Source: Chitinophagaceae bacterium (lineage in GTDB: Bacteria; Bacteroidota; Bacteroidia; Chitinophagales; Chitinophagaceae). Taken from it: a DNA stretch of 64,000 bases. Shown piece by piece: positions 35,077-45,181 of this stretch (the stretch's first letter is position 1; every line of letters begins with the position of its first letter). Below the pieces are notes generated by a model. The model did not search any database. It saw only the letters and a program-made list of their open reading frames with translations, and was not told the DNA's origin. Made by a program: the position numbers and the translations under genes. Location of the stretch: NCBI GenBank assembly GCA_016713965.1, contig JADJOC010000005.1, forward strand, positions 637 to 64,636, given 5' to 3'.

Positions 35077-35856
35077 TTATACTTTTACAGTTAATCTTTG
35101 CATTTTTAAATTGGCATCGTATGCTTCGCTGATCGTTGTTGTTTTCCATCTAGCCAGTGCCAGCCTCCTATCATTAAAAAACTCTGCCCTTCTTTGTGCT
35201 TTATCGCCTAAAGTGCCACGCCTTGTGTTGGGTAAACTGATTATATCTTTCCAACGCAGGTAAGAAATAATTGCCTCTTTAAATTGTATAGGCACATAAA
35301 ATTGCTCTCCTTCTTTTGGGCTTGCCAAATATTCTAAAATAATATAATCCCATTGATAATTTACATTTAAAACTATTACCCCATTATCATTATCAATTTT
35401 AAAACTTCCGATAAACGGTGCGCCACTTGGTACACCAAACAAATTATAACATCCTGCTCCATCCCAATAATTATAATAACAATTACCATTTACATTTCCC
35501 AAAGCACCCAATTGCCCTAAATATTCTCCTTGTACATCTTCTAACCTATTTGGCAATAAGTCTGCATAGGTAGTAAGGTTATTGTTATAAGTTAGCGTTG
35601 CTACTTCACCTGTGCTGTTTATTATTCCTACTTTACAGTAGTTTAAATAATCGGCAGGCAGGTTTACAGTATTGTTAGCATTAACAGGTAGCTTTACAGA
35701 TTTTATTTGATAAAATGCATCGAGGCCAAGTTCGGCCATAACTCTAAAAGCCAATCTGTATAATTTAAAATATTTATGATTACTTTGCTCTGATTCATCT
35801 ATGTAATCATAAATACATTCATCTAAATCTATATATTGCCTGTTTTGTGCTGACAT
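35077..35856 (-). CDS. tail structural protein, adaptor/tubular-A-like by position (259 aa)
   Basis: Intact ORF; function is inferred from synteny only. Confidence 0.5.
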   Translation of the reverse strand: MSAQNRQYIDLDECIYDYIDESEQSNHKYFKLYRLAFRVMAELGLDAFYQIKSVKLPVNANNTVNLPADYLNYCKVGIINSTGEVATLTYNNNLTTYADLLPNRLEDVQGEYLGQLGALGNVNGNCYYNYWDGAGCYNLFGVPSGAPFIGSFKIDNDNGVIVLNVNYQWDYIILEYLASPKEGEQFYVPIQFKEAIISYLRWKDIISLPNTRRGTLGDKAQRRAEFFNDRRLALARWKTTTISEAYDANLKMQRLTVKV

Positions 35857-35867
35857 TTTTTATTGTT

Positions 35868-36134
35868 TTATTCTACTGCTATAATTGCATCTGCATCCAT
35901 TACATAAAATTTTTCTCCATTTTCTTCAAATGGCAAACCCCAATCCATTACCCTATAACCTATTTGTCCTGCTTTTAACTTCATGGGGCGTTTTTTTGTT
36001 CCTTTCCCTACTGCTACAATAGTAACACGGTTAGAATCTTTTTTTGCTGAATCGGGTACAAAAATTCCTCCTAAAGATATTTCATCAGGGAGGAAACATT
36101 TTACCATAATTTGATTTTTGATTGGGGCTGCCAT
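35868..36134 (-). CDS. GroES/Cpn10-fold protein inside the virion module (88 aa)
   Basis: IMVKCFLPDEISLGGIFVPDSAKKDSNRVTIVAVGKG...KAGQIGY...GEKFYVMDADAIIAV is co-linear with the GroES consensus. Confidence 0.6.
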   Translation of the reverse strand: MAAPIKNQIMVKCFLPDEISLGGIFVPDSAKKDSNRVTIVAVGKGTKKRPMKLKAGQIGYRVMDWGLPFEENGEKFYVMDADAIIAVE

Positions 36135-36144
36135 AATTTATTTT

Positions 36145-36771
36145 TTATTTATTATCTACACCATCCGCAGTTATGTCTTGCGGTTGCGCTCTTTCTAACA
36201 TTAGCATTTTTGATACATAATCTATTACAATATTTACAAAATCGTCTGGTATGTTTAACACACTTGTCAAATCCGAACTATCACCGCCTGACACCATTCC
36301 AACTGTTGCTGTATAATTACTTAATATTATTGTTGAAAGTGCATACAAAAATGTCCCTTCGGGATAAAACAAAATAACATTTGGTATTGGGCGCATTCTT
36401 TGATAATATCCCTTTTGATTTTCACTTAAAGGAATACATGGTAAAGAAACTTTATTATTGGCATCCTTAAATTGTAAAGTAGCAATACCTTCATTTCTTC
36501 CTATTCCAAAAGGTAATTGTGGTAATGTTATTTTCCACGTGAAACTCTCGTCTGGCTCAACTTCTAAACCTTTAAAGGTGGTATAAAAAGAGTTGTTTAC
36601 ATACCCTATCCCATCTAATTGTATGGCTTCTTTATAGTTTTGTTTTGCCGCTATCCCAATGCCTGTATTCATCCACTCATTAACCAAATTATAGGTAATG
36701 CTGGAATCATCACGAGGTTGGTCTCCGTAAACTTGCCTTAATATCCTTTCTATTAAATGTTGCCTTGTCAT
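36145..36771 (-). CDS. virion structural hypothetical protein (208 aa)
   Basis: Intact ORF. Confidence 0.55.
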   Translation of the reverse strand: MTRQHLIERILRQVYGDQPRDDSSITYNLVNEWMNTGIGIAAKQNYKEAIQLDGIGYVNNSFYTTFKGLEVEPDESFTWKITLPQLPFGIGRNEGIATLQFKDANNKVSLPCIPLSENQKGYYQRMRPIPNVILFYPEGTFLYALSTIILSNYTATVGMVSGGDSSDLTSVLNIPDDFVNIVIDYVSKMLMLERAQPQDITADGVDNK

Positions 36772-37079
36772 TATTGTTCAGTTATTTTTACACCTGCTAT
36801 ATCATTAAAAACAGATGATGCCATAAACTCTAAATCACTATCAGTAGAATTTAGATTTATATCAGTATTATTAGAAACAATAGCATCAGCAAAAATATTT
36901 GTCATATTTCCATTTAATACTTGTGTTCCCAACTTATGCCGCTTATCAAATAAACTCTCTTTATTTTTATCAAAAATTTCTCCAATTACATTTGTAGCTG
37001 TCTTTTTAATAGCTATTTTTATTCTTTTTAAAAAATCTTCATTATCTAATAATTGCGCTTGCTCTAAAAAAGTTCCCAT
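36771..37079 (-). CDS. virion structural hypothetical protein (102 aa)
   Basis: Intact ORF. Confidence 0.5.
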   Translation of the reverse strand: MGTFLEQAQLLDNEDFLKRIKIAIKKTATNVIGEIFDKNKESLFDKRHKLGTQVLNGNMTNIFADAIVSNNTDINLNSTDSDLEFMASSVFNDIAGVKITEQ

Positions 37080-37091
37080 TTTTATTAATTT

Positions 37092-39407
37092 TTATATATT
37101 TTTTATAACTGTTACCTTAAATGTTGCACCTAAAGGATTTATTGCCAAAGCAGAATAATTACTGAATCTTACTGTAACTGTATTTGCGGCACTTACCCAT
37201 GCTGTATAACAACTATTTGCATTTACAGCACCATTTGGAACACCCAACGATACTGAATCCCCATTTACTGCTCCTGTAACTGTAATAGTTAAATCACTAC
37301 TGGTTTGAGCCAATGTATTCGGAAAATTTAATGAAGCTGAACCAGTTAAAACTCTTGCGATTTCATACCTTGTAGTACCAACACAAGCGTAATAATTTGT
37401 CCCATCATAATCTACTGCACCATCTGATGCGGTACTTAATGTACCTGATGGTATTTTTAAGGAGGAATTATTTGCGCCTGATGTACAAGGTTGTAAGTGC
37501 AATTTAGCTGTTGGTGATTCATTAGCTAAACCAATGGAATTAGAACTATTAATAAATAATGCTGCTGTGCCTCCATAAGTAGAGACCCTCATATAAATAC
37601 CATTCTTGCCATAAATTTCCATTGCATCACTATCTGTTCCCCCATTCTCTCCAATACAAACATAAGGAGTAGTACCACCAGCGAAAGAATCGCCAAAAAA
37701 AATAAATCCATTAGACCCATTAAACCCATCTCCGTAAATGTGTAATGTAGATTGTGGACTAGAATGATTTAATGCTATTCTTTTATTTGTTTGGGCATAT
37801 ATAGTAGGAATTGAATTTGTAATTAGGCTTAATGCATTATTATCGGTTGTGCCAATTGTTAATGTTGCCCCAATTGAATCGCCACCCTTAGTTACTTTAG
37901 TATCAATTTGCGTTTGAATAGGACTTATTACCCCATCTAAATATTGAAATTCTGTATTTGAAACAGACCCATCTGCTATTTTTGTTGCATCAATTGCGGC
38001 ACTAGCATTTACATCAGCGTTTACAATTACACCTGCACTAATAGCCGTAACTCCTGTATTATTAATAGTTACATCCCCACTCATAGCAACATCTGTGGCT
38101 ATGTTAGAACCATTACCTACAAAAATATGGCTATCAGTCAAACTGGAAGATGCCTTACTATCCAATTGAGTTTGGATAGCAGATGTAACGCCTTTAACAT
38201 AACTCAATTCTGTTAAACTAGGATATGTAGCTGTATCTGCGGCTAATATAAATCCCGACCCATCTGTAATAACTATTCGGCTAGCAGTAAGAGCGGCTAA
38301 TTTATTTACGGCTATTGCTGCTGCCGCTTTTATATCAGCATCTTCAATATTAGTAATAGTATTTAAATCTGCATCAATAGTTTTATTAGTAAGAATTTCT
38401 ACCCCTGCAAGTGTGGCTAATGTCCCCGTTGTTGGAAGTGTAACATTTGTAGTATTTGTTAGTGTAAGTGTAAGGCTAAAAGCACCAGATGTAACTAAAT
38501 TCCCACCTAGAGTTATTGTTCCCGTATTTGATACTCCTGTTCCACCCCTTGATGGTGCAAGTGTCCCTGTCCATCCTAAAGTTAATGAGGATGCTTTTAA
38601 CAAAGCCGTTGCTGGCGTACCACCCAAAGTAAGGGTTACGTTGGTATCGTCTATTTTTGTCAAAGCCTCACCGCCCCCAACATCACCTGCTGTTACTACT
38701 TCCCAAACAGGGGCAGCAGATATTACACCTGTTCCTGTTTGGCTTAAAAACTGTTTTGCAACTGTAATTTGACCTGCAAGCCTTACATTGTTTGTTCCGT
38801 TATGGTATAGCAAATCCCCTAAAGTAGTAAGCGGGGAAAGTGCATTAAATCCTAAAATAGCCGTAGCCTGACCTGTTCCACCTCTTGTAATAGATAATTG
38901 CCCAGTCCACCCCAAAGTTAAACTTACGGCCTGTAATAATGCAGTTGCAGGTGTGCCACCTAATGTTGCAGTTACATTAGTATCATCAGACTTGGTTAAT
39001 GCTGCTGGAGTTAATGCTGCTTGTTTATTATTAAATATATTCCAATCTGTTGCTGATAAATAACCATCATCAGTTGTATTGGATTGTTGTATTTGTACAA
39101 TAGGATTGTTAGGGTCTGTATTATCAATAATAATAGGTGAATCTCCTGTAACAGAATTAACAGCACCGCCACCGCCTCCTTGGTTTACCCATTCTGTATC
39201 ATAATCAGTATCACTAGCTTTTGCAAGTACTTGCCCTGTTGTTCCTCCTACGGGAATGCCATTAATAACAATACCACCCCCCCCCTCACTACCAGTATTT
39301 ATTTTTAATACTAAAATATCTTGTGGCTTTATGGATAGCTTCAGCTTACTGCTTGGAAGAACAGTAAGTTTTAATAATTCAATATTTTTATTTATTATTA
39401 ATTTCAT
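37092..39407 (-). CDS. fibre/spike protein with an internal 45-aa duplication (771 aa)
   Basis: Two copies of ALTKxDDTNVTxTLGGTPATALLxAxSLTLGWTGxLxxxRGGTG; Thr/Gly/Asn-rich beta-type sequence. Confidence 0.65.
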   Translation of the reverse strand: MKLIINKNIELLKLTVLPSSKLKLSIKPQDILVLKINTGSEGGGGIVINGIPVGGTTGQVLAKASDTDYDTEWVNQGGGGGAVNSVTGDSPIIIDNTDPNNPIVQIQQSNTTDDGYLSATDWNIFNNKQAALTPAALTKSDDTNVTATLGGTPATALLQAVSLTLGWTGQLSITRGGTGQATAILGFNALSPLTTLGDLLYHNGTNNVRLAGQITVAKQFLSQTGTGVISAAPVWEVVTAGDVGGGEALTKIDDTNVTLTLGGTPATALLKASSLTLGWTGTLAPSRGGTGVSNTGTITLGGNLVTSGAFSLTLTLTNTTNVTLPTTGTLATLAGVEILTNKTIDADLNTITNIEDADIKAAAAIAVNKLAALTASRIVITDGSGFILAADTATYPSLTELSYVKGVTSAIQTQLDSKASSSLTDSHIFVGNGSNIATDVAMSGDVTINNTGVTAISAGVIVNADVNASAAIDATKIADGSVSNTEFQYLDGVISPIQTQIDTKVTKGGDSIGATLTIGTTDNNALSLITNSIPTIYAQTNKRIALNHSSPQSTLHIYGDGFNGSNGFIFFGDSFAGGTTPYVCIGENGGTDSDAMEIYGKNGIYMRVSTYGGTAALFINSSNSIGLANESPTAKLHLQPCTSGANNSSLKIPSGTLSTASDGAVDYDGTNYYACVGTTRYEIARVLTGSASLNFPNTLAQTSSDLTITVTGAVNGDSVSLGVPNGAVNANSCYTAWVSAANTVTVRFSNYSALAINPLGATFKVTVIKNI

Positions 39408-39733
39408 TTAAAAGCCCATGTTCCTTTTAATATTTCATTGTTCACCCATTCATTATTTGGTTTGGTAACTAATAATGAAATATTATAATTCCCTACATTT
39501 ACAGCTTCTACTTCTGCTTGTGTTTTTTCAAAATATATACTATATATTGTAGGTCGAGTAAATTCTGCATTAGTTACTTCCCAAACAATATCTCCTAAAC
39601 TGGTTTTTAAAGTAAAATTAAATTCCCAGTCTGAAACATCTGTAGGAACATCGTTGTCATCCGAGAATTCCATGTCAAAAACATATATTTCATTCCGATC
39701 TACTTCATTAGTATATACTTCTGGTTTAGCCAT
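39404..39733 (-). CDS. virion hypothetical protein (109 aa)
   Basis: Intact ORF with a 4-nt overlap. Confidence 0.55.
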   Translation of the reverse strand: MAKPEVYTNEVDRNEIYVFDMEFSDDNDVPTDVSDWEFNFTLKTSLGDIVWEVTNAEFTRPTIYSIYFEKTQAEVEAVNVGNYNISLLVTKPNNEWVNNEILKGTWAFK

Positions 39734-39738
39734 TTTTA

Positions 39739-40191
39739 TTAAGTTGATGCTATAAAATATTCAATATCTACATCTGCGGTATCAGCTTGTGCGCTGATGC
39801 TGTCAATATTCACAAAAGCCACAAATGCTGCTTCCGTTTCAGATACGCTTTCTTTATTATTTCCTAAAATGAAAATTTTACCTGCTTCTAGCTTTATATC
39901 AAAAGTTTGTCCTGTTGTTTTCGCTACTCTAATACGTACAAAATTTGCACTATCCTTATTTGTAATTTGAAAATATTTTACATTCGCTCCAATAAAAGTT
40001 CCTGCACCAACGCCTGTACTGAAATTAACTATTTCCACTTCGCTTGCAAAAGGGATAGAAAAAATACGTTTGTCTGCGTGATCAATATTGGTTATGGTTA
40101 ATTTATTACTCGTATTAAAATTTTCAGTATTCAATACAAGTGTTGTATTTAACTCTACTACTAAAGTCCCTGTTGTAATTGTTGATGGCAT
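39739..40191 (-). CDS. virion hypothetical protein (150 aa)
   Basis: Intact ORF. Confidence 0.55.
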   Translation of the reverse strand: MPSTITTGTLVVELNTTLVLNTENFNTSNKLTITNIDHADKRIFSIPFASEVEIVNFSTGVGAGTFIGANVKYFQITNKDSANFVRIRVAKTTGQTFDIKLEAGKIFILGNNKESVSETEAAFVAFVNIDSISAQADTADVDIEYFIAST

Positions 40192-40192
40192 A

Positions 40193-40864
40193 TTATTGTC
40201 CTCCTTTTGTTATTTGATTCGCATATTGAATTACTGCTGCTGATTGAAGGTTTACTCCAACCATAGCCAAAGCCCTTGTTATAATTTCCAAACAATCCAC
40301 ATCATTCCATAAAGGATCAACACTATTTCCTGCATCATAAATAGCCCTACCTTTATCATCTAATATAAATGCCCATATAATTTCAGGTGGTGTTTTTACA
40401 TAACTAATTTTGGCATTACCGAGTGTTATCGGATAAAACTGAAATCCATTATTTTGAATAGAATAAATAGGATTGGTTGCCACTGGATCAATTACACTAT
40501 TTGCTAAAGAATATATTTTATCTTTCTCTGCGTACCTTATTCTTTGTAAGCCTGTATTGGTAAACATGGCTACTATTTGCTCGTAGTTTGGTGGATAAGG
40601 TGCTACCCCACTTCCATTAATGGTTAAGGTATATATAGGATCAACAAATGGAGCAAGCCTTTGCGCTAAAATTTCATTCATACCTAATTCAACACGGGCT
40701 ATCGGTCTGCCTGGTGAATATTGTTGGGTTTGCCCGAATAGAAAACTCATGTAGCTGATGGAAGATTGATTAATATAATTATTAAAACCAGCAGGGGGTA
40801 AATATCCCTGCTGATTTTTGTTTATAATCTCAAGCATCAATTTATACATGAAATCTACTGTCAT
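40193..40864 (-). CDS. virion hypothetical protein (223 aa)
   Basis: Intact ORF. Confidence 0.55.
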   Translation of the reverse strand: MTVDFMYKLMLEIINKNQQGYLPPAGFNNYINQSSISYMSFLFGQTQQYSPGRPIARVELGMNEILAQRLAPFVDPIYTLTINGSGVAPYPPNYEQIVAMFTNTGLQRIRYAEKDKIYSLANSVIDPVATNPIYSIQNNGFQFYPITLGNAKISYVKTPPEIIWAFILDDKGRAIYDAGNSVDPLWNDVDCLEIITRALAMVGVNLQSAAVIQYANQITKGGQ

Positions 40865-40867
40865 TCC

Positions 40868-41761
40868 TTAACTTGTTAAACTGCTTAATTGTGATTTAAA
40901 AGCCAACCCTTCTGCTGTTGTACTCATTGCTAATTCTAATAAAACATCATGTGGGTTTTTAGTTGCTGGCTTCCTGCATATAAAAGCACTTGTCCCAGCC
41001 CACGTAACATTACCATTTGAACCCCCTATGTCTATTTTAGCATCACTTATTGCTTTTTTAATTAAATAAGATACTTCAACAACTGGCGACCCAAAAGATT
41101 CGTCAAATAATTTAGGGTTACGTTTTGCTGCTACAATATATTCAGAACGTATTCCTGATTCTTGTTTTTGAAATCCTAAGTCATCAGCCATTTTAATACC
41201 TAAATAAATAGCATGTTTTTTCATTTGTTCCACTGGAGCATATCTGGCTTTATCTGCCATATCTAATTCATATAAATCTTTTTTAAGCCCTTCAGCTTGT
41301 ATTCTAGCTGGATTGTATTCTTCAAACTCTATCCTAGTTTCTCCGATTAATCTTGTAGGATTATCTAGATTTGCTGGATGATGTGTAAGAAAATCAATAG
41401 CAAGCGTATCAGTTTTTCTTATTCTTGTTCTTTTTTTGTCAAACTTAATAATCCCCCTTTTGCTTACTACTGCTTTATCCTTTAACCTTTCAACTAACTC
41501 TGACTGCCAAATACTATCCTCTCCAGGTATATACCAAATGGCTTCTTTTCTTTTTGTCTTTGGATTAATGGCACTTGATTGTCCATTTAGATTATACTTC
41601 CCTTTACTATTGTAATTCTTCAATACAAATGTTACAAATTCGCTATTTGGATCAGTTGTATTAAAACTTACTTTTGGTGCTAAAAATAATTCAGCATTAC
41701 CCACATCTTGTTTTAGAGTTAATTCTTCTTTTACTAACTCATCTGTTTTTTTTGCGCTCAT
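40868..41761 (-). CDS. virion hypothetical protein (297 aa)
   Basis: Intact ORF downstream of the capsid gene. Confidence 0.55.
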   Translation of the reverse strand: MSAKKTDELVKEELTLKQDVGNAELFLAPKVSFNTTDPNSEFVTFVLKNYNSKGKYNLNGQSSAINPKTKRKEAIWYIPGEDSIWQSELVERLKDKAVVSKRGIIKFDKKRTRIRKTDTLAIDFLTHHPANLDNPTRLIGETRIEFEEYNPARIQAEGLKKDLYELDMADKARYAPVEQMKKHAIYLGIKMADDLGFQKQESGIRSEYIVAAKRNPKLFDESFGSPVVEVSYLIKKAISDAKIDIGGSNGNVTWAGTSAFICRKPATKNPHDVLLELAMSTTAEGLAFKSQLSSLTS

Positions 41762-41823
41762 TTTATTTGTTTATTTTGAGTGAATTAAGGCATTGCCACC
41801 AACATTGCGCTGGTTTATGAATA

Positions 41824-41849
41824 AGCACCCTTATATTTCAAAGGGTGCT
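41824..41849 (-). terminator. perfect 9-bp hairpin just 3' of the capsid gene
   Basis: AGCACCCTT-N8-AAGGGTGCT sits 10 nt after the stop of 41859-43301. The U-tract is weak. Confidence 0.45.
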
Positions 41850-41858
41850 ATATTTTAA

Positions 41859-43301
41859 TTATGGTTTTTGTACTAATATGAATTGATTAGCAGCAGAAAC
41901 ACGAGTACCTTTATAAGTGATAAACTCGACATTATCTACCATCTGACCATTAGTAGGATTTAAAGAACCACCACCATGTAACCATGTACGAATACCATTA
42001 CCGTAAGTACCCCCTTTAGGTGCATCTTGATACATAATAGTGATATTTTTGATGTTGGTAACTTTATCTTCCCCCTTAGCTTGATATTTTGGAGATGTTC
42101 CCAAAGGGCATATCATACCAAAGTTTTCATAAGCAGGATTAGCAGGAGAAATACCCCATTCTACTTCTGGATTGAATCGCTTGTATTTTTTTGTGCTAAG
42201 CATATATCCATCAATCCTCATAGTTTGAGTACCATAAGTTACCATAGCTTCTTCCGAAGTTTCATTTTTACCCCACACATAAGCACCAGCAGGGAAAGCA
42301 GCAAATATTCCATCGTTAAAATCCTGATTTTGGTAAATATCTTGCAACCATAAGCATTCTTTTGCACAACCATTAACATCGGCTATACGTGTAATTTCAT
42401 GCAATTTTGCAATATCTAAATTACCTGGATTGTAAGTAACGGTTTCGCCATCTTGTAATACTTTTGGCAAAATACCTTGCGAACCTAATGAATTGGTAGA
42501 AGCCAACCCTGTATTAGTAACTACATCACCAAACATTAATTTACCATCACAGTTATTAGCATAACGCTGTTCTGACCTAGTAAGGTTTTTGAAAGTATAG
42601 AAACTTGGCCCTGCTAATTGTGCGCCAGACATCCCAGCACCAGCACCACCTGCAATACCATCATAAAACACCTGTGTCATTTCACCTAAATCTGTTGCAG
42701 AGTAAGTTTCCCTCATCTCTGTAATGCTATTGGTGTATTTAACATCCAAATCTTGTTGTGCTATAATAGAGTTGGAAGCCTCACCAGCATCCATGTAACC
42801 AGCAAATTGCAAACCTTCACCAGCTAATAAATTAGCTGAATTGGCTGAAACAAATGCTTGTGTACTTTGTTTTGGACGAACGGTGTATTGGAAAGCAAAA
42901 GGGGTTTCATCTACAATAGCCAAAATTTGACCTTCAATTTGTGAAGAAGAAATCCTCACAGTTTCTAAAGGGCGTATTGGTGTTTGTGTACCATTGTTAA
43001 AGTGAAATTCAGCAGGCAATGTCAAAGTAACCGTTGCGCCTACTGCTGGTCCTACTATTTCGGTTTGGTTATAAACACCCTGCATTAATTTACCCCTGTT
43101 TTCAAACCAGAAGTATTCACGGTTTTTTACTTGCTCCATACCTGCGTATGTACTTAACCAGCCAGTAAAATCTTCCTGACCATATTTTAAAACATATTCT
43201 TTTTTGTATTGTGGAGTTAATAATTGTAGCCCAGATAGTAAAGCAATATTTGCTTGTGTTGCTATTGAACCTGGCTGCAATATATTCGATGTTGGTATCA
43301 T
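41859..43301 (-). CDS. major capsid protein candidate (480 aa)
   Basis: It lies directly after the scaffold-like gene and is followed by a strong hairpin. No motif check was possible. Confidence 0.55.
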   Translation of the reverse strand: MIPTSNILQPGSIATQANIALLSGLQLLTPQYKKEYVLKYGQEDFTGWLSTYAGMEQVKNREYFWFENRGKLMQGVYNQTEIVGPAVGATVTLTLPAEFHFNNGTQTPIRPLETVRISSSQIEGQILAIVDETPFAFQYTVRPKQSTQAFVSANSANLLAGEGLQFAGYMDAGEASNSIIAQQDLDVKYTNSITEMRETYSATDLGEMTQVFYDGIAGGAGAGMSGAQLAGPSFYTFKNLTRSEQRYANNCDGKLMFGDVVTNTGLASTNSLGSQGILPKVLQDGETVTYNPGNLDIAKLHEITRIADVNGCAKECLWLQDIYQNQDFNDGIFAAFPAGAYVWGKNETSEEAMVTYGTQTMRIDGYMLSTKKYKRFNPEVEWGISPANPAYENFGMICPLGTSPKYQAKGEDKVTNIKNITIMYQDAPKGGTYGNGIRTWLHGGGSLNPTNGQMVDNVEFITYKGTRVSAANQFILVQKP

Positions 43302-43325
43302 TTTTTTTAATTAATTTGTTAATAA

Positions 43326-44528
43326 TTAGTTTGTTTCTGCAAAGAAATGCTTGGCTAATTCATCTATTTGGGATTGTCCTCCTTGTGGATTAAACGTTCC
43401 TGATGAATTACCATTTACATTAATGTTGCTTTTCTCTTGTATATATTTCAATTTTATTTTTGAAGCAGCATCATTGGATAGTTTTTGGATTGCTTTATCC
43501 CCACTATTTAGTAATGCTAAATCTTTAGCGATTTGATTGACATTTACCACGCCATCTTTTGACCATCTTTTATCAAAAAATTTAGTAACATCAAAATCTA
43601 AATCAGCTATTTCTTTTAATTGAGAAGCAACAAGATTTTTTTCTTCAACTGAATAGGTATATGATAATGGCACATCGACATCTTCGTCTTTTACCGTTAT
43701 GCTTAACTCATTCAGTTCTTTTATAACTGCATCGGCAGATTTAAAATAAGCATCTTTAACTTTAGCATAATTATCCAATTCTTCTTGGGTAGGTTGCTGT
43801 GTTTGAGATTCTTTTGGTTGTATATCTGGTAATACGAGTTCACTTTTTAATTTTTCCAGTTCAGGTTTTAAAATTTGGGCTTCTAAAAGCAAATCATTTT
43901 TTAAATCCGCTACATTTTCTTTCCATGCTGCATACCTTTCTTCAAATTCGGTTTCATCTTCTGTATCTCTTTGAACTGGCTCTTTAGGAATACCAAATTG
44001 TTTATTGAATTTATAATCAATCAACTCATCCGATAATCCTTTGTATTTTTGTTGGAATGACATTTTTATAATTTCTGCTGCTGTTTTTTCATTTACATCG
44101 GCAGCAATTAATTTATCCAATTTTTTCTTTTCAGCAAGTACAGCATATACATCATCCTCTTTCCCTTCTTTCAAAAGGTCAAATAGTTTTTTACTTTGCT
44201 CATTGGCAAATTTTATTTCCTCTTTTGTTGATGCTGTTTCCTTTAAATTTTTAAGTTCTTCAAATTGCTTTTTTGCATCATCCCATGTATCAAAACCTAA
44301 ATTTGTTTTTAACTCACTATCTGGTAATGGGGCATCTACTGTAGCTGCCTTTTCCTCAGGTTTTGGATTAACATCAATAGGCGCAGCATTTGTTTCATCT
44401 GCTTTGACTTCATTTACAGGCGCATTTGCCCCACTTTCTTCTTTGAAGAAGCTACCTGCCAATCTATCAAAATCACTTTGAGGTTGTGCAGTAGTTGAAG
44501 TATCTGTTTGATTTAATTCTTGTTCCAT
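43326..44528 (-). CDS. scaffolding protein candidate (400 aa)
   Basis: Highly acidic, Lys/Glu-rich and coiled-coil-like; sits between portal and capsid. Confidence 0.55.
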   Translation of the reverse strand: MEQELNQTDTSTTAQPQSDFDRLAGSFFKEESGANAPVNEVKADETNAAPIDVNPKPEEKAATVDAPLPDSELKTNLGFDTWDDAKKQFEELKNLKETASTKEEIKFANEQSKKLFDLLKEGKEDDVYAVLAEKKKLDKLIAADVNEKTAAEIIKMSFQQKYKGLSDELIDYKFNKQFGIPKEPVQRDTEDETEFEERYAAWKENVADLKNDLLLEAQILKPELEKLKSELVLPDIQPKESQTQQPTQEELDNYAKVKDAYFKSADAVIKELNELSITVKDEDVDVPLSYTYSVEEKNLVASQLKEIADLDFDVTKFFDKRWSKDGVVNVNQIAKDLALLNSGDKAIQKLSNDAASKIKLKYIQEKSNINVNGNSSGTFNPQGGQSQIDELAKHFFAETN

Positions 44529-44545
44529 ATATAATTAATAATTGA

Positions 44546-44896
44546 TTAACAAATTTTGCTGTAATTGATTAACAGTTTACCTACGGTTTGTCCAACACTT
44601 TCAAATTGAATGAATTTACCTACTACATTGAATTTGAACATAGAGGTCGCATTTGTATTTACCGCACTTGTATTGGCTGCTAAATTCAACCCTTGTATCA
44701 CGTTCCAGTTGATAGCTGATTTAGCATCCCCCTGACTAGTTTTAGCTACCGCACCCCCGTCATTAGTCGCCTTAAATGTTACTGTTCCTGTAGGGCTTAC
44801 AAATTGTGCTACAACATAATCCCATTCACCTATATCCAATTGCACTTTTGCATTGGCATTAAATTCGGTAGTAACATCTATTAATTTACTTATCAT
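44546..44896 (-). CDS. virion hypothetical protein (116 aa)
   Basis: Intact ORF. Confidence 0.5.
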   Translation of the reverse strand: MISKLIDVTTEFNANAKVQLDIGEWDYVVAQFVSPTGTVTFKATNDGGAVAKTSQGDAKSAINWNVIQGLNLAANTSAVNTNATSMFKFNVVGKFIQFESVGQTVGKLLINYSKIC

Positions 44897-44906
44897 AATT
44901 TTTTAA

Positions 44907-45170
44907 TTAAATGGTTACGGTTTGTGCAGCTACAAAATATTGTGGTGTACTTGCAAAATCAAGTGATTGGTTTACTGGTTTAATTTTAAAACTAATCCCC
45001 TGCGTATCTATTTCAGATATGTACCCTTTTTTAGAATTAGAATCAAGTGTACACAATTGCCCTATTGTTAAAGTGGACAAATAGGTAATTGCATCTGCAC
45101 CATTAAAAGTAAATATTACATCTTGTCCCTTTTGGGCTTGCGATGTTTTTCTATTTGTAATTACTGCCAT
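44907..45170 (-). CDS. virion hypothetical protein (87 aa)
   Basis: Intact ORF. Confidence 0.5.
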   Translation of the reverse strand: MAVITNRKTSQAQKGQDVIFTFNGADAITYLSTLTIGQLCTLDSNSKKGYISEIDTQGISFKIKPVNQSLDFASTPQYFVAAQTVTI

Positions 45171-45181
45171 ATTTTTAATTT

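Noticed and set aside
37092-39407. Fibre-gene repeats as a diversity-generating retroelement (template/variable repeat pair).
   Set aside because: There is no reverse transcriptase in the window. The repeats differ at all base types rather than only at adenines, and both lie inside the same ORF.
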